DNA of 64,000 nucleotides, from positions 1-64,000 of the IMG/VR virus record IMGVR_UViG_3300028327_000538; one strand, written 5' to 3'. How positions within the stretch are numbered: the first letter of the stretch is position 1; each line of letters begins with the position of its first letter. The DNA is from a virus (Duplodnaviria; Caudoviricetes). The translations under genes and the position numbers were made by a program. The notes under the pieces were generated by a model that was not told the origin of the DNA, did not search any database, and saw nothing but the letters and a program-made list of their open reading frames with translations. Positions 19,461 through 30,400 of this stretch are shown one piece after another.

Positions 19461-19865
19461 ATGGTTCAAGGTACAATCGTCTTAGTCTCCGAATCAGAGG
19501 AGCGATTCAAATTAGATGAGCCAGTCCGCAAATTACTGTATCAACTCGAACTCGCAGCAAAACAACTGGGTCAGCTTAAACTCATTTTTAATGTACCGTT
19601 AGAGGAACTCAGAAATGCGCTAAACAAACTGACAGTCGCCTATGAAAAAGACTATGGGCATGAGCTACCGTTTTTCCTCAATGAGAGAACACAGACTCTC
19701 GAATGGAAACGACCCGAAAACGGCTACCCGATACCCAAATATGTTTCATACCAGGGGTGTACTGCAAGAGGCGCACATGCCCTGGAACTCATAGAATATT
19801 TGCGAGAAACTCGTCGTCGCTGGTGCTATGCGGGCCAAATAGCCCACCTTTCCAAGCGCCCCTAG
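19461..19865 (+). CDS. Hypothetical protein
   Basis: GAGG RBS; followed by a hairpin. Confidence 0.55.
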   Translation: MVQGTIVLVSESEERFKLDEPVRKLLYQLELAAKQLGQLKLIFNVPLEELRNALNKLTVAYEKDYGHELPFFLNERTQTLEWKRPENGYPIPKYVSYQGCTARGAHALELIEYLRETRRRWCYAGQIAHLSKRP

Positions 19866-19873
19866 TTCCAACA

Positions 19874-19897
19874 AAAGAGGCGTAAGCCTCTTTTTTA
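19874..19897 (+). terminator. Hairpin terminator
   Basis: AAAAGAGGC-gtaa-GCCTCTTTTTT. Confidence 0.7.
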
Positions 19898-19911
19898 ACC
19901 TTTGGAGAAAA

Positions 19912-20559
19912 ATGCAATATACAATCTTCAAAACATACGACAACAACACTCCCGAAGAAGACAAGGCTCTACAAGAATATTGGGAAAGCGACAAACTCGA
20001 CAGACTGCAATCACAATTGGACTTTGATCTTCCAGAGAGACTGGACGATGACACAGTACTGACACTGACAATGGCGCAATGGAGACAGCTACACGAAGCG
20101 TTGGAACAAGAAGATTACGATGAATGGTACGCCGAAGATGAATCTAGTTCCCTTGAATGTGCAAAGGGCAACCTCAAGTCATCAGGTATGAATGAAATCA
20201 AGGGAACTCTGGTCGCGTTTGTGCGTGGGGTGAGATGGAACGGAAGCGGCTCAAGATGGGAAATAAAGAGCAACGAATTAACGTCCATATTCGACTTTGG
20301 CAAAAACGAGGAATCGCTGAATATCTGGTATGACGATGCCGACGAAGAAATAAGATCAATAGGAATACACCACGATGGCAGAAGCAATTACCTCTGGAGA
20401 GAGCTGCCGCAAAACATTGCCCCGGAAGAATTAGAGGAAAAGTTGTATCAGGCCGGCAGCACCGCGAGAGCGGAACAGGTGTTCATGGAGATGACAGTAT
20501 CCATAGGGCCGTACTTTGAAAAGTTGTACGGCTGGAAACAGAAAGCGATTAATCTTTAG
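19912..20559 (+). CDS. Acidic hypothetical phage protein
   Basis: GGAG RBS; WNG..G and HHDGRSNY motifs. Confidence 0.65.
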   Translation: MQYTIFKTYDNNTPEEDKALQEYWESDKLDRLQSQLDFDLPERLDDDTVLTLTMAQWRQLHEALEQEDYDEWYAEDESSSLECAKGNLKSSGMNEIKGTLVAFVRGVRWNGSGSRWEIKSNELTSIFDFGKNEESLNIWYDDADEEIRSIGIHHDGRSNYLWRELPQNIAPEELEEKLYQAGSTARAEQVFMEMTVSIGPYFEKLYGWKQKAINL

Positions 20560-20569
20560 AGGAAAACAT

Positions 20570-21052
20570 ATGCAATTTGTTGATAGTGTTGCAATGCACG
20601 ATCTGGCTACCCGTTACATGGCTGGGAGCGAATGGAACAACATAAACGATTCCGCTGAACAAGACTACAAAAAAGCCGCTCACCTGTATTTCAAAGCAGC
20701 GGAAGCGGGCAATGAACATTCGTTGTACAAACTCGGATGTATGTACCTTGAGTTACCTGACCTGGGGAATCTAACCGAAGGGATGAGTAAAAAAGAACGC
20801 AAAGAAAAAGGACTGGAATGCTGGCTCAAGGCGGCGCAATTGGAACACACATGGGCCATAGAAGACATCGGTTCCTGGTATGCTGCATCAAAAAACGAAG
20901 AGATTTACAATGAGGGCGAAAAGATCGAATGGTATAAAATGGCGATAGAATCCGGGGACATCAAAACAATCTGTTTGTCGGGCTTTAATTTGGATATACA
21001 TCCCAGATGGAATTTATACAAAGACCTGATTGCAAAACCTCTTAATCAATGA
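20570..21052 (+). CDS. Sel1-like repeat protein
   Basis: QDYKKAAHLYFKAAEAGN..SLYKLGCMY; WLKAAQ; ATG 20570 with GAGG. Confidence 0.75.
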   Translation: MQFVDSVAMHDLATRYMAGSEWNNINDSAEQDYKKAAHLYFKAAEAGNEHSLYKLGCMYLELPDLGNLTEGMSKKERKEKGLECWLKAAQLEHTWAIEDIGSWYAASKNEEIYNEGEKIEWYKMAIESGDIKTICLSGFNLDIHPRWNLYKDLIAKPLNQ

Positions 21053-21909
21053 GGCGTTTTAACAACACCATTCAGATCTTCCAATGTGTATGCTATCGGG
21101 TCTTGATATTCCGCCGGCGCCCCCAGAGTTTCAAACAGGCTCTGCATATTGGCTTCCGTGCCGCCGACGCCAAGCAACGTGTGATACTTCTCTATACCCG
21201 CCATCTTTATTTTAGTCCAGCTTTGAATATCTGCGGTTTTGTTTGAGCGTATGGCTCTCGTCAACTGCATGTCAATAATAACAAGAACCTTCTCCATTTC
21301 GGTCAGCGGACATCTCTCGACTGTTCCGTGGTCGGGCAGCTCAAGCAGCATCAGGATATGTTTACGGGAGTTATAGTCCAGGACTTGCTCAAAAACGGTT
21401 TTAAAGACAGTGTCAAACACGTACTTGCCGACCCAGGCGGACGGATCGCCTATCCTTGAGAAATCGGCAAAATACTTCAGATAACACCTGAGCACTTCTT
21501 CGTTCACCTGATCTTTCAGCAGATTGAGGATCGTCGGAGAGGGGCCGGGGTTTCTTCGGTTGTTGAAGACGGAACTCATCGCGAGCGCGTCCACTTTTAC
21601 GCGCATATCCGTATCGTACAAAAATTCGGAGAACGCCTCGCTGTCAATCATTGAGTCAATATCAATGTATCCGGCGTCCCTCAGAAATATTTTGAACTCC
21701 TTGTCAGTCAAGGCAAGGCTATCGTGCACGGCGTCCTGGACTGACATCGCGCCCAACAGCTTTTCGGCTATCGCCAGGTTTGCGGGGCCGTCAATGATGT
21801 AATATGGGAACAGATCAATAAGTATGCGCGAGAAATCGTATTTGTATCTCCTGCTCGCCACGAGCAGATAGGGCAGTAGCGACTTATAGATACAATCCCT
21901 CGATTCCAT
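21046..21909 (-). CDS. Hypothetical phage core protein
   Basis: MESRDCI start at 21909 coupled (TAATG) to the upstream stop; 287 aa. Confidence 0.6.
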   Translation of the reverse strand: MESRDCIYKSLLPYLLVASRRYKYDFSRILIDLFPYYIIDGPANLAIAEKLLGAMSVQDAVHDSLALTDKEFKIFLRDAGYIDIDSMIDSEAFSEFLYDTDMRVKVDALAMSSVFNNRRNPGPSPTILNLLKDQVNEEVLRCYLKYFADFSRIGDPSAWVGKYVFDTVFKTVFEQVLDYNSRKHILMLLELPDHGTVERCPLTEMEKVLVIIDMQLTRAIRSNKTADIQSWTKIKMAGIEKYHTLLGVGGTEANMQSLFETLGAPAEYQDPIAYTLEDLNGVVKTPH

Positions 21910-23597
21910 TACGCCGCCAGAATATTGAGTTTTGTGATGATCATATCCAGGGCGTTGATAGCGTCCAGAAGCTGAGATTCTTCGATCTTGATCTCTTTGC
22001 GGTTCAGTCTCTTCAGGAACAGTATCTGGCAAAGCCTTTCGAGGGTCTTCGCGAAATCGCCGGACAGCAGACACATCTTGCGAATTGTCGCCGGGGTTAC
22101 GGCGTGAATCTCAAGAGCCTGATCAACGCTTGTGGGATCAAGCTCGCTGATGTCCAGGGCTGTTTTCAGCAGGTTGGCGTCTTCGGCTATTTTGGCTATT
22201 TCGGCGGCAAGTTCAACGTCTTCCGCTGAAGCTGTTTTTTCTTGCCTGCCGGGTCTGCCGGTATAGGCGAAGTTGGCGGAGCCTGTGGCTTGCGCCTGCT
22301 GCACAATCTTTTCGGCGTCCATCGTGTTGAGACCGGTCTTGGTCAGTACCATCAGAGCCTTGACTTTGCTCGTGCCGGTAAGCATGTGCTTATCCAGGCC
22401 GGTGACGCCCTTTTCATCGACATCATACACTCCGGTGGGCGAGTAGCGGACAACGATATTCGTTGAGGCCGTGACTTCCATGTCTGGAGTGTTTCTCTCT
22501 CTACCAATTTTCCTCATTCCCAGAATTTGGTAGTAGTCGGGGATTAAGATAGTGTTATCAATGATCTGCATCTTTTTTAATCCCTCGACAGGTTTAATTA
22601 CGACGTTTCCGTCTAAACCGTCACGTATAGCCAGATACGACAGTTGGTTCCCTATGCGGTCAACTGATTTAAGCGTATAAGGCCCACTGACGAGATCGCC
22701 GTGTTTGATAAAGAAGTCGTCTCCAATACCGGGTGTAAAGCCTGATATGTCAGGTCTGCTTTCACCAAGCACCTTGATGTAAAAATTATTAACCCCCATA
22801 TCGTAATAACCATCGGTAGTCAGAGTTACCGGTGAATTATCGTGGAGCTGGAAAGCCTCTCCACGATACTCTGTGCCTCTTGATACGAAATGTCCCCAAT
22901 TCTTATTTGGTTTATAGGACGGCGCGGGGGCGCTTACATTTTCAAGCCTGGTAAAGGGCGGCAAGTCAGATAGAATGACGTAGCCTCTCCGCATCGCCAT
23001 TTTGAGTATTTCGGGGCCATAGGTATGGGCAAACTCAGGTATTGTGCAGGACGCTTCTTTTTCAAACGTGGTGATGGTGACTGGAAGCGCGTTTTGTGAG
23101 TTCACCGTTATTGTTCTAACGCCACCATCATATGTTTCGTGAGGGCCGACACCCTCCAGTAATTCAGGGTGAAGCATGGCGATTTTGAGCAATGTGTCAT
23201 GATGCTTGTCGAGAAAATCCTGCGAGTAGGTTCGCGCAGTCTTAAAAAGCTGCGCTCTATCCTTTTTAGGAACCGACTTAAAGGGCCATGAGCCTTGTTC
23301 GAGAAACTTTATTGTTCTCTCGTTAAGCGGAAGCATCGTTTTTTTGTCGGTATACAAGTCAAGCGGCGACATTTTATAACGGTTAATAACAATCGGAATG
23401 CGATATTTGTTGCTTAAAAGGATATACCCAAGGGCAGTCCCTGTGCTTTCGTCAATCTTGGGGCACTCAAACCGCTCGATCTTACCTCTGAGTCCGGGAT
23501 ACTTCGCCGTCAGCTTTGTTATGGCGATGTCCCCCCACTGTTGTGTGTCAGGAGGCAGAGTAATTTCGGATGTTGAGTTGAAAAGTTCTTTAAGCAT
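21909..23597 (-). CDS. Large K-x-A motif virion-associated protein
   Basis: FKTA, LKIA, EKEA, LKMA, EKTA, AKIA, LKTA; ATG 23597. Confidence 0.65.
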   Translation of the reverse strand: MLKELFNSTSEITLPPDTQQWGDIAITKLTAKYPGLRGKIERFECPKIDESTGTALGYILLSNKYRIPIVINRYKMSPLDLYTDKKTMLPLNERTIKFLEQGSWPFKSVPKKDRAQLFKTARTYSQDFLDKHHDTLLKIAMLHPELLEGVGPHETYDGGVRTITVNSQNALPVTITTFEKEASCTIPEFAHTYGPEILKMAMRRGYVILSDLPPFTRLENVSAPAPSYKPNKNWGHFVSRGTEYRGEAFQLHDNSPVTLTTDGYYDMGVNNFYIKVLGESRPDISGFTPGIGDDFFIKHGDLVSGPYTLKSVDRIGNQLSYLAIRDGLDGNVVIKPVEGLKKMQIIDNTILIPDYYQILGMRKIGRERNTPDMEVTASTNIVVRYSPTGVYDVDEKGVTGLDKHMLTGTSKVKALMVLTKTGLNTMDAEKIVQQAQATGSANFAYTGRPGRQEKTASAEDVELAAEIAKIAEDANLLKTALDISELDPTSVDQALEIHAVTPATIRKMCLLSGDFAKTLERLCQILFLKRLNRKEIKIEESQLLDAINALDMIITKLNILAA

Positions 23598-23623
23598 AAT
23601 TATTACCGCCACGGAAGGTCGTA

Positions 23624-23725
23624 ATGGGAATAGTCGAAATCATAGGAAGTATTGTACTTTTCTTCGTGGTAAGAACACCCGAAGACGAAGAGGCAGTGCG
23701 CTTCTTCCGCAATATCTTCAAATAG
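23624..23725 (+). CDS. 33-aa hydrophobic peptide, copy 1
   Basis: MGIVEIIGSIVLFFVVRTPEDEEAVRFFRNIFK*; GGAAGG RBS; paralog at 39766..39867. Confidence 0.7.
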   Translation: MGIVEIIGSIVLFFVVRTPEDEEAVRFFRNIFK

Positions 23726-23838
23726 CCGTAAAGCTCCCCGCTGTCGTATGATACGCGGGGAGCTAACGGATCTTTTTTATAACTTGCTGGCATATATATG
23801 ATTATAGCATAATGGCTTAAACACAGAAAGGAAGGCGA

Positions 23839-24375
23839 ATGAGCATCAACTTTTTACCGACTCATCATATGGTTGAGGGCGCGATAAATATAAAACTGAT
23901 AAATATTAATCCAGAATACAATACTCTGCCTCTGGAAACGCCTTCAAGATCATATTATATTGAAAAAGAAACTCCTGAAAATCTAACTCCAATGGCGCAA
24001 TGGCTGGCTGACAATGTTCCCAACGCCACAAGGAACAGAGGTTTGTTTACAGTCAAGGTTATTGATGACACGCGGACGCAAGGCGACATCAACAGAGAAC
24101 AGAACGCAAGAACTCGTTGGGGATGGGGCCAGTATTTTAGCACCCCCGAACAGGCTCTTGAATCAACAGAAAAAATGATCAGAGCATATAACCTGGACGC
24201 GGAACCGGCTACAATAAAAGACTTCGACTTTCCTTTATACAATGGAGAGCCGGTAAGCGAATATTGGGAAAAAATCGCAAGCCATCTACAGTCGCAAGGG
24301 ACAACGAGAATTATAATAACAGACCATAATCAGAATAAGGTTTGCTACCCGCCCAGCAGCGAGCAACGCACATGA
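23839..24375 (+). CDS. Hypothetical protein
   Basis: AAGGAAGG RBS; 178 aa. Confidence 0.6.
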   Translation: MSINFLPTHHMVEGAINIKLININPEYNTLPLETPSRSYYIEKETPENLTPMAQWLADNVPNATRNRGLFTVKVIDDTRTQGDINREQNARTRWGWGQYFSTPEQALESTEKMIRAYNLDAEPATIKDFDFPLYNGEPVSEYWEKIASHLQSQGTTRIIITDHNQNKVCYPPSSEQRT

Positions 24376-24581
24376 ACATCAAATCAATCAAATTTGCCAT
24401 TAGGATTTACTGGAAAGAGATATTTGGAGACGATCCGTTTGTTCCTATAGTGATTGGGACTGCGATTGCCGCTACAATTTTAGGTGTAATTCTTTATAGG
24501 CTGTATGGACATCCATTTGACTATATTCTTGTTGGACTAGGTCTATTGGGGCTTGTTTACGCAAAGTGGGGAAAATACTAA
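24372..24581 (+). CDS. Small two-TM membrane protein (paralog of 53463..53687)
   Basis: KSIKFAIRIYWKEIFGD...YGHPFDYI. Confidence 0.7.
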   Translation: MNIKSIKFAIRIYWKEIFGDDPFVPIVIGTAIAATILGVILYRLYGHPFDYILVGLGLLGLVYAKWGKY

Positions 24582-24922
24582 CCGCATATTGTTTGTCGAG
24601 ACGGTTTCAGACTGTTTTCTTCTTCCTCTTCTCGTCGTCTTGCCTCTACAACGCCCTCAGAAAAACGATTACCTAAAGTGGCGGCGATTGTTGGCGGTAT
24701 GCCAACTTTGGCGCCTAACACCACTCCAACGCCAGACGCAAGAATGCCAGCGGCCAATAGAGCGTCTCTACGCTTTTTGCGTTTCTTCGCTTCGGCCATT
24801 TTTACCAAGAAATCGGCTACAACTATCTGTCGATCATATCTCTCAACTACACGTTGAGCCGCTATCTTGAGTAGCTCTCTTTCCCTAGGGCTGAGGTCGG
24901 CAAGTCTGAAACAATTGATCAT
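24578..24922 (-). CDS. K-x-A protein with basic patch and Gly-rich hydrophobic helix (paralog of 53671..54039)
   Basis: RLADLSPRER...VERY...LVKMAEAKKRKK. Confidence 0.7.
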   Translation of the reverse strand: MINCFRLADLSPRERELLKIAAQRVVERYDRQIVVADFLVKMAEAKKRKKRRDALLAAGILASGVGVVLGAKVGIPPTIAATLGNRFSEGVVEARRREEEEENSLKPSRQTICG

Positions 24923-24984
24923 AGATCAATTATCTCACAAAAGAGGCGGCAACGCTTCTTTTTAGCTATTAGAGGCAGTCTTTA

Positions 24985-25296
24985 TCAGCTTCTGCTCGCT
25001 CTTTTGAACATAGCCAAAATCCTGGCCCGGCTCTCATCGTCCTGAGCGGCTTCGCCTTGGCGCACGGCATCAGCAAAACTTTCACCAGGGCCTCTTCTTT
25101 TGTAAAATATGGCGTTCAGAATGTCCTGACCGTTACTAAGCCCCTCTACTATGGAACCTTCACACATCGCGTCCGCAAAGGTCTGGTCGGGGCGTCTGTA
25201 GGGTTTGTTGTCTGCACATCTGTCTCTTGACGCAGCATATCGATCATATCCCTGTTCAATTTGGAGGGCGAGTTCTTCTGGGATTGAATCAGTCAT
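24985..25296 (-). CDS. Hypothetical protein with an internal repeat
   Basis: RRPDQTFADAM / RRGPGESFADAV. Confidence 0.55.
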   Translation of the reverse strand: MTDSIPEELALQIEQGYDRYAASRDRCADNKPYRRPDQTFADAMCEGSIVEGLSNGQDILNAIFYKRRGPGESFADAVRQGEAAQDDESRARILAMFKRASRS

Positions 25297-25495
25297 TTGG
25301 ATGCCTCAAGCGTTCTATTACTCTTTTGTATTGACCATAGACAGATGGCTCGCGCCTGGACGCAAGGAGCTTGTCCAATTTTATTTCTTTGCCGGCATTA
25401 GGAGTGCGACTTTCCACCCATTCCAGATCGCTGGTGCTTTGTTCCAGTTGCTCTATACAGCTAAGAGATTTTATTTCTTCTGGGGTCAAAGTCAT
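25289..25495 (-). CDS. Small hypothetical protein
   Basis: AAGGA RBS; coupled to the next gene. Confidence 0.5.
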   Translation of the reverse strand: MTLTPEEIKSLSCIEQLEQSTSDLEWVESRTPNAGKEIKLDKLLASRREPSVYGQYKRVIERLRHPND

Positions 25496-25940
25496 CTTGT
25501 ATCCTTCAAATTACTTTCTTAAAGTTCAAATCTTTCAAACGAACCACCTATTTCGTTTAGAGCAGAGATAATTTGAGGGTTATTTACCGTCCTACGAAAA
25601 TCTTCAGGTTGCTGTTTGTCGTCGAGCAAATCTTTAATCTTATGCGAATCAAATATTTTAGGGTTTTTGCATATACGATAAATTACAGAAATCGCTAAAC
25701 ATATAGCATACACAAGCACTGCCATATAGAGATAAAAGACAATATCAATAATTCTAATTATCATTTCTCACCGCTCCGCTTTAATTGAAGTGATTTTCGC
25801 AACATTGCAGGGTTACTAATCCTTCGATTTTAGACAAAACTTCTATGACTGAGGCAATTTTCTCATCAACATAGGCATTTACTTTCACACAGACTGTCTT
25901 GTGCATATTTAACTAACACCAATACCATTAGTGTACATCA

Positions 25941-26561
25941 TCACACGTTCAACAAGGCTTCCATTGCTTCGGCATACCTGATCTTAATGTTAGGCTCTAT
26001 TTCCGTTAAATAATTAGCATATGAGGCTGCCTCGTCCTTGGTCATTAAGGGTTTTGTCGTAGGAGCTTCTCGCAGCGCCTCAAATATACTACATAAACTG
26101 AGGGGCTTGCGTTCTGTATCTTCGGAGTCCTCACCAGGGCCATCCCATTCTTTAAGATCATAAGTATAATCAACCAAGTCTTCCCAATCCCAGGCTCCGA
26201 AATAGTCATACACCTTAGCCATAGTCACCATTTCTTGATAGGCGAATAGGTTGAAATCACTGTCTTTTAACTCTCTGGTGAGTTTGAGATTGCCTTCATC
26301 GTCCTTTTTGCATATCCATAAATCCCATTCGGCTTGGTCTGCGGAATTTGCTATGCCCTCGAATAAGTCCAGCACTTTTTCGAGCGCCGGCCCTCGTTTC
26401 ATTGAGAGGTAAGAGTCATCGCTGATCGGAAACCTGTACGTAGCCAAAGCTCGTCTATCCGCCAGATACATCAGCTTCATAAGTTTGGCATGGTGCATTG
26501 AGCCGCCAGCGCGGTAGAGAAAGTAAGCCGCCATCTGTGCTACTTTGCGTACTTTATACAT
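25941..26561 (-). CDS. Panacea-domain (DUF4065/SocA-like) antitoxin
   Basis: AAYFL...KLMKLMYLADR...PISDDSY.SM..GP...EW; GGAGG RBS. Confidence 0.85.
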   Translation of the reverse strand: MYKVRKVAQMAAYFLYRAGGSMHHAKLMKLMYLADRRALATYRFPISDDSYLSMKRGPALEKVLDLFEGIANSADQAEWDLWICKKDDEGNLKLTRELKDSDFNLFAYQEMVTMAKVYDYFGAWDWEDLVDYTYDLKEWDGPGEDSEDTERKPLSLCSIFEALREAPTTKPLMTKDEAASYANYLTEIEPNIKIRYAEAMEALLNV

Positions 26562-26613
26562 TCTCTCCTCCTGTCTAAAACTATTTTATCAGTATGTAGA
26601 GAGGTTTTGAGGC

Positions 26614-27072
26614 TTAAATTATTTTCCCATTACCCGAAACAGCTTTATTCAATCTATCCAACATCATAAAGGTATAAAACATCTGTTTGGGACTGGTGTC
26701 GCGGTAGTAAAGACTATAAACAAACTCTTCCGTGAAACTATCGCTTATTCGTTCTATGTTAATATCCAACAAGCGCATAGCAAGCAAAAACGCAAAATAC
26801 TCATTAACTGTTATATATTTTGTGTGCTTTTGAAACGGTTGAATGGCTATTGGCTTTACTTTTGATAGCCAATAGACCAAAAACGCGGCCTGTTTATGTA
26901 ATTCAGAATTGTCGGAATCATGGAAAGTTTCAAAGCGCTCCAAGTCTTGTGCTAGTGATTCACTTGCAATGTCAACTAGGATAGGAACCATCCGCAAACC
27001 AGAATTTCTATCGCGTGTTCTGAAAATTTCAAACTGGTTGTATATCGTTGCGGCAATACTGGTAGCGTTCAT
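26614..27072 (-). CDS. Hypothetical protein upstream of the Panacea antitoxin (possible toxin)
   Basis: KQAAFLVYWLSKVKP...NEYFAFLL loosely recalls Doc/Fic helices but lacks HPFxDGN. Confidence 0.45.
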   Translation of the reverse strand: MNATSIAATIYNQFEIFRTRDRNSGLRMVPILVDIASESLAQDLERFETFHDSDNSELHKQAAFLVYWLSKVKPIAIQPFQKHTKYITVNEYFAFLLAMRLLDINIERISDSFTEEFVYSLYYRDTSPKQMFYTFMMLDRLNKAVSGNGKII

Positions 27073-27308
27073 TTATTGTCTGTCGAGTGTGGTTTGGACG
27101 CAAAAAGCCTGTTAAATTTTTTTACGCAGGCATCCATAAACTCAGGGGTCATTTCTAGCGACTCACGGGTGAGTTCCTTCCCTTTGTTTGGTCGAGTTTC
27201 CGCTCCCCAATTATTGTAGTCTGGACTTGCCCTCAACTCTTGAATCTCGGCTAAACATTCATCATAACTCTTTGGGTGGTCTTCTGCATCCATTGCCGTA
27301 TACCTCAA
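27069..27308 (-). CDS. Small hypothetical protein
   Basis: Coupled by ATGA overlap to 26614..27072. Confidence 0.5.
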   Translation of the reverse strand: MRYTAMDAEDHPKSYDECLAEIQELRASPDYNNWGAETRPNKGKELTRESLEMTPEFMDACVKKFNRLFASKPHSTDNK

Positions 27309-27467
27309 AATAGGTCAAGAATTATCTTACCCTAGATTTGTTTTTCTCGCCAATTTGTTCTGCTTATCCAATCAAGCATTCCAAATTTTAGCTGTTTGAC
27401 AAGCACAATGCAACAAATACTGCTCTCTATCCTGTGAGAGAACACATTTATGTTACTTCTACAAACA

Positions 27468-30400
27468 TTAATACCTCCCCTCACCGGAATCAGCAAGGTT
27501 TCCCGACACGAATGGGAGTACGGGATTGTAGCCGTGAATGTCGGATTTGTAACCGTAGGCGGCTCCTTCCTGCAGCCCTTTCTTGAGATAGCGGTATCCA
27601 AGGTGCGCGGCCCAATCACGGCTTTTGAGCGGCGCCTGTGTCACTCCCTCAAGGTGCGGCGTGTATGAAATGGGCTGGTGCATGGCTACTATCTTTTTGC
27701 CCTTCAGCTTCTGTATTTCATCCTCGCCAAGCCTCGTGCCCTTTTTGAAACCGGCGACGGGCTTGGCGAGAACCATTCCGTAAGCCTGTTCCGCCTGGAC
27801 GTTGTAGGGCTTCATGGCTTTTTGGTTCCATGTGTTTATCGTTGAGAGCGGGAGGACTTCGTTCATAACGGCTGTCGGGTTTGTTCCGGCGTCTGTTACC
27901 TGACCGAAGCCGGCCATGCCGCGCACTACTGTCTCTATGTTCCTGCGGTCGGTTTTGATGCCGGTGCCCTGATATAACTTTTGAAGCGTGGAGGAGATGA
28001 CATTGAGGCCCTTGTTGACGCCCAGGAGTTGCAGGGCCTGTTTGGGATGCGGCAGACCATGTGACAGCAGAGTTCCCTTTTCAACGGTGTCACCCGGTTT
28101 TACCAGGGGTTCCTTGTCGGTGAAGTGCTTGGTGTTGTCCACGAATATCTCGTATCCGCCCGCCGCGCCCTTGTTCACTTTTGTGACCCTGCCGTTGGTT
28201 GTCGCCATCGCCGCCTGTTGCTTGAATGTCTTGGGGGCTTGCAGGAACGAGGCTATGTCCTCGAATCCGCCGAACACACCGCCGCCGCCTGATGTCGTGC
28301 CGCCAAGGTGGAATGTCTTCATGGCGGCCTGTGTCAGAGGTTCCGATATGGCCTGTGCCGACTGGACGCCGATATTGTGGCCTATCTGGTAGAGGTTGCC
28401 CGTGCTGTCATGCCCCGCGCATTTCCGGCATATACCGTTGGCGGACTGGCAGGTGGCGGGCGACCTGACAATGACGGGCGCTTTTTTCTTAGCTATCTGG
28501 ACTGCCATCTCTTTTGTGATGAGCTTGCACTCCTTTGCGAGATAGCGTCCGGCCAGATACGGGTCGTCCGCCGGAAGTTCCAGCCCCTCTTTTGTCTTGC
28601 AGTCCTCCTGCGAGACAACGATGGACATTGACGTGTTGACTATCTCTTTGTTGAGGGCACCGGGCTTGCTCGTCATCAGTTGTTTGTCCAGTGAGCCTTT
28701 ACGCGCTCCGTAGAGCGTAGTCCAATAATCGGGGAAGCTCATGCCCTGGGCGTAATTCGACAGCACCGGACGTTCTATCGGCTTGCCGTCATGATCCTGC
28801 AAAATACCGGGGGCGTAGAGTATCTGTTTGACCTGCTCCGCCGACCCTCTGGCTCCGCTGGCTGCCATGACCACAAAGTTGTTGGTCTTGTCGTCAAGCG
28901 CCTGGGCTTTCACTTTCGCGTCGGCGGCCACCATCTGAGGAAGTGTCCTGGCTCCTTTGTAAGCCTGCGTGACAACGCCGCGGTCTGCCTCAAGGTCTTT
29001 GAGCGACAGTGAAAAGCCTACGTCCGTGGCGGCCTGGTCTCCGATACCCTTGATGGAAGTAACTATGCGGTTGTAGTATTCGGGGTATTTCTTCGCTATC
29101 TCCTCAAGGCGCTTCTCCACATCGGCCTTTGTGATGCCAGCCTTGAATTTGGATACGCGCTTGGGGAGCAGTTTGTTGATTTTACTGAGGCCGTCCTTGC
29201 TTTGGGACATGAGGTGCAGCCCCAGAATGGCCTCCTGATCAGGTGTGTAGTTGAGCCTGTTGTCTCTGGGGTTATAGAGGTTCTTGCTCGGCATCATTTC
29301 AAAGGCTTCTTTCCGGGCTGCTTCTGTGGCCGGAACATGAAGCGTCGCGGTGTCGCCATCAAAGTCCATGCTGAAGGGTTTGACTATAGTGCCGGGCACT
29401 TCGATTGACAGCCCCTTGGTCAGGGTTGGCTGAAAGCCCATGATGGAAAACTTATGCAGAGACGGCGCACGGTTCATCAATACCGGGCGATCAGACATGG
29501 CTGCTTCCAGGGACTTGCGGCCAATGTCGTCCAGCTCCTCAATATGCTTTTCGGCCTCTTTGTGGGCATAGCCAATGTTTTTGAGGTTCTTCATGGCAAA
29601 GGGCTTGTAGATTGTCTTTGCTATCTTTTCAGGTATTGCTATCTGATCCATGTTCAAATTGTTGTTCAGCACGACGGTTGCGCGTCCGGTGAGGTCGACC
29701 TGCTTTCGGACTACCTTTGACTGGAACATACCGCGCTTGGGGCTGCCCTCGCCGGTGATGATTCTTAGAGCGCCTTTCGCGCCCATCTTGCCTGTCTGCT
29801 CCGAAACCGGAGAGGCGACGCCCTGGATCGCGCCCAAACTCTGATACAGTGTCTGTGTCAGTTCAGGACTTTTAGTTCCGCTCTTGAGGGCTTCATTTGT
29901 CACGCCGAGATCGCGATACAGCATATTGAGCGACGAGACTTCCACGTTGCCGCTGGGAAGCTCGAAAGCCGGTCTGAACTGGGGCGGCATGACGGGGACA
30001 ACGCTTGTCATGTAGGCTTCTTTCGGCTTCATGCCGAGTTCTTCAAGGGCTTTAAGCAGCTTCAGCTCCTTTAGCATCGCTTCTTGTTTTGTCTTTGGGG
30101 CGGTCTTGATGCCCTTTGTGATCTGGTCAATCTTGCCTCTGACGTTGATGCCGGACAGCTTTTCGGATATTGCCTTGTGCCCGTCCTCGTCTTTTATGGC
30201 TTCCTGAAACTGTTTCTCAGTCATGCCAAGCAAGGTCTTTACCGGCGAGGCGAACATTGGGTTCACAATCGGATGCGCCAGTGTAATCTTCGACCACTTC
30301 TGCCCGTTTGAGCCGCCTGTCAGAAAGCGGTCAAAGAGTCCGCCCTTGATGGGGTTGCGTTTGTGGTCTAGCATCTTGAAGTTACGCAGCTCGTTTGTCC

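Noticed and set aside
15953-23597. Portal protein or terminase small subunit among the terminase neighbours
   Set aside because: No portal or TerS motifs recognisable by eye; needs an HMM or structure search
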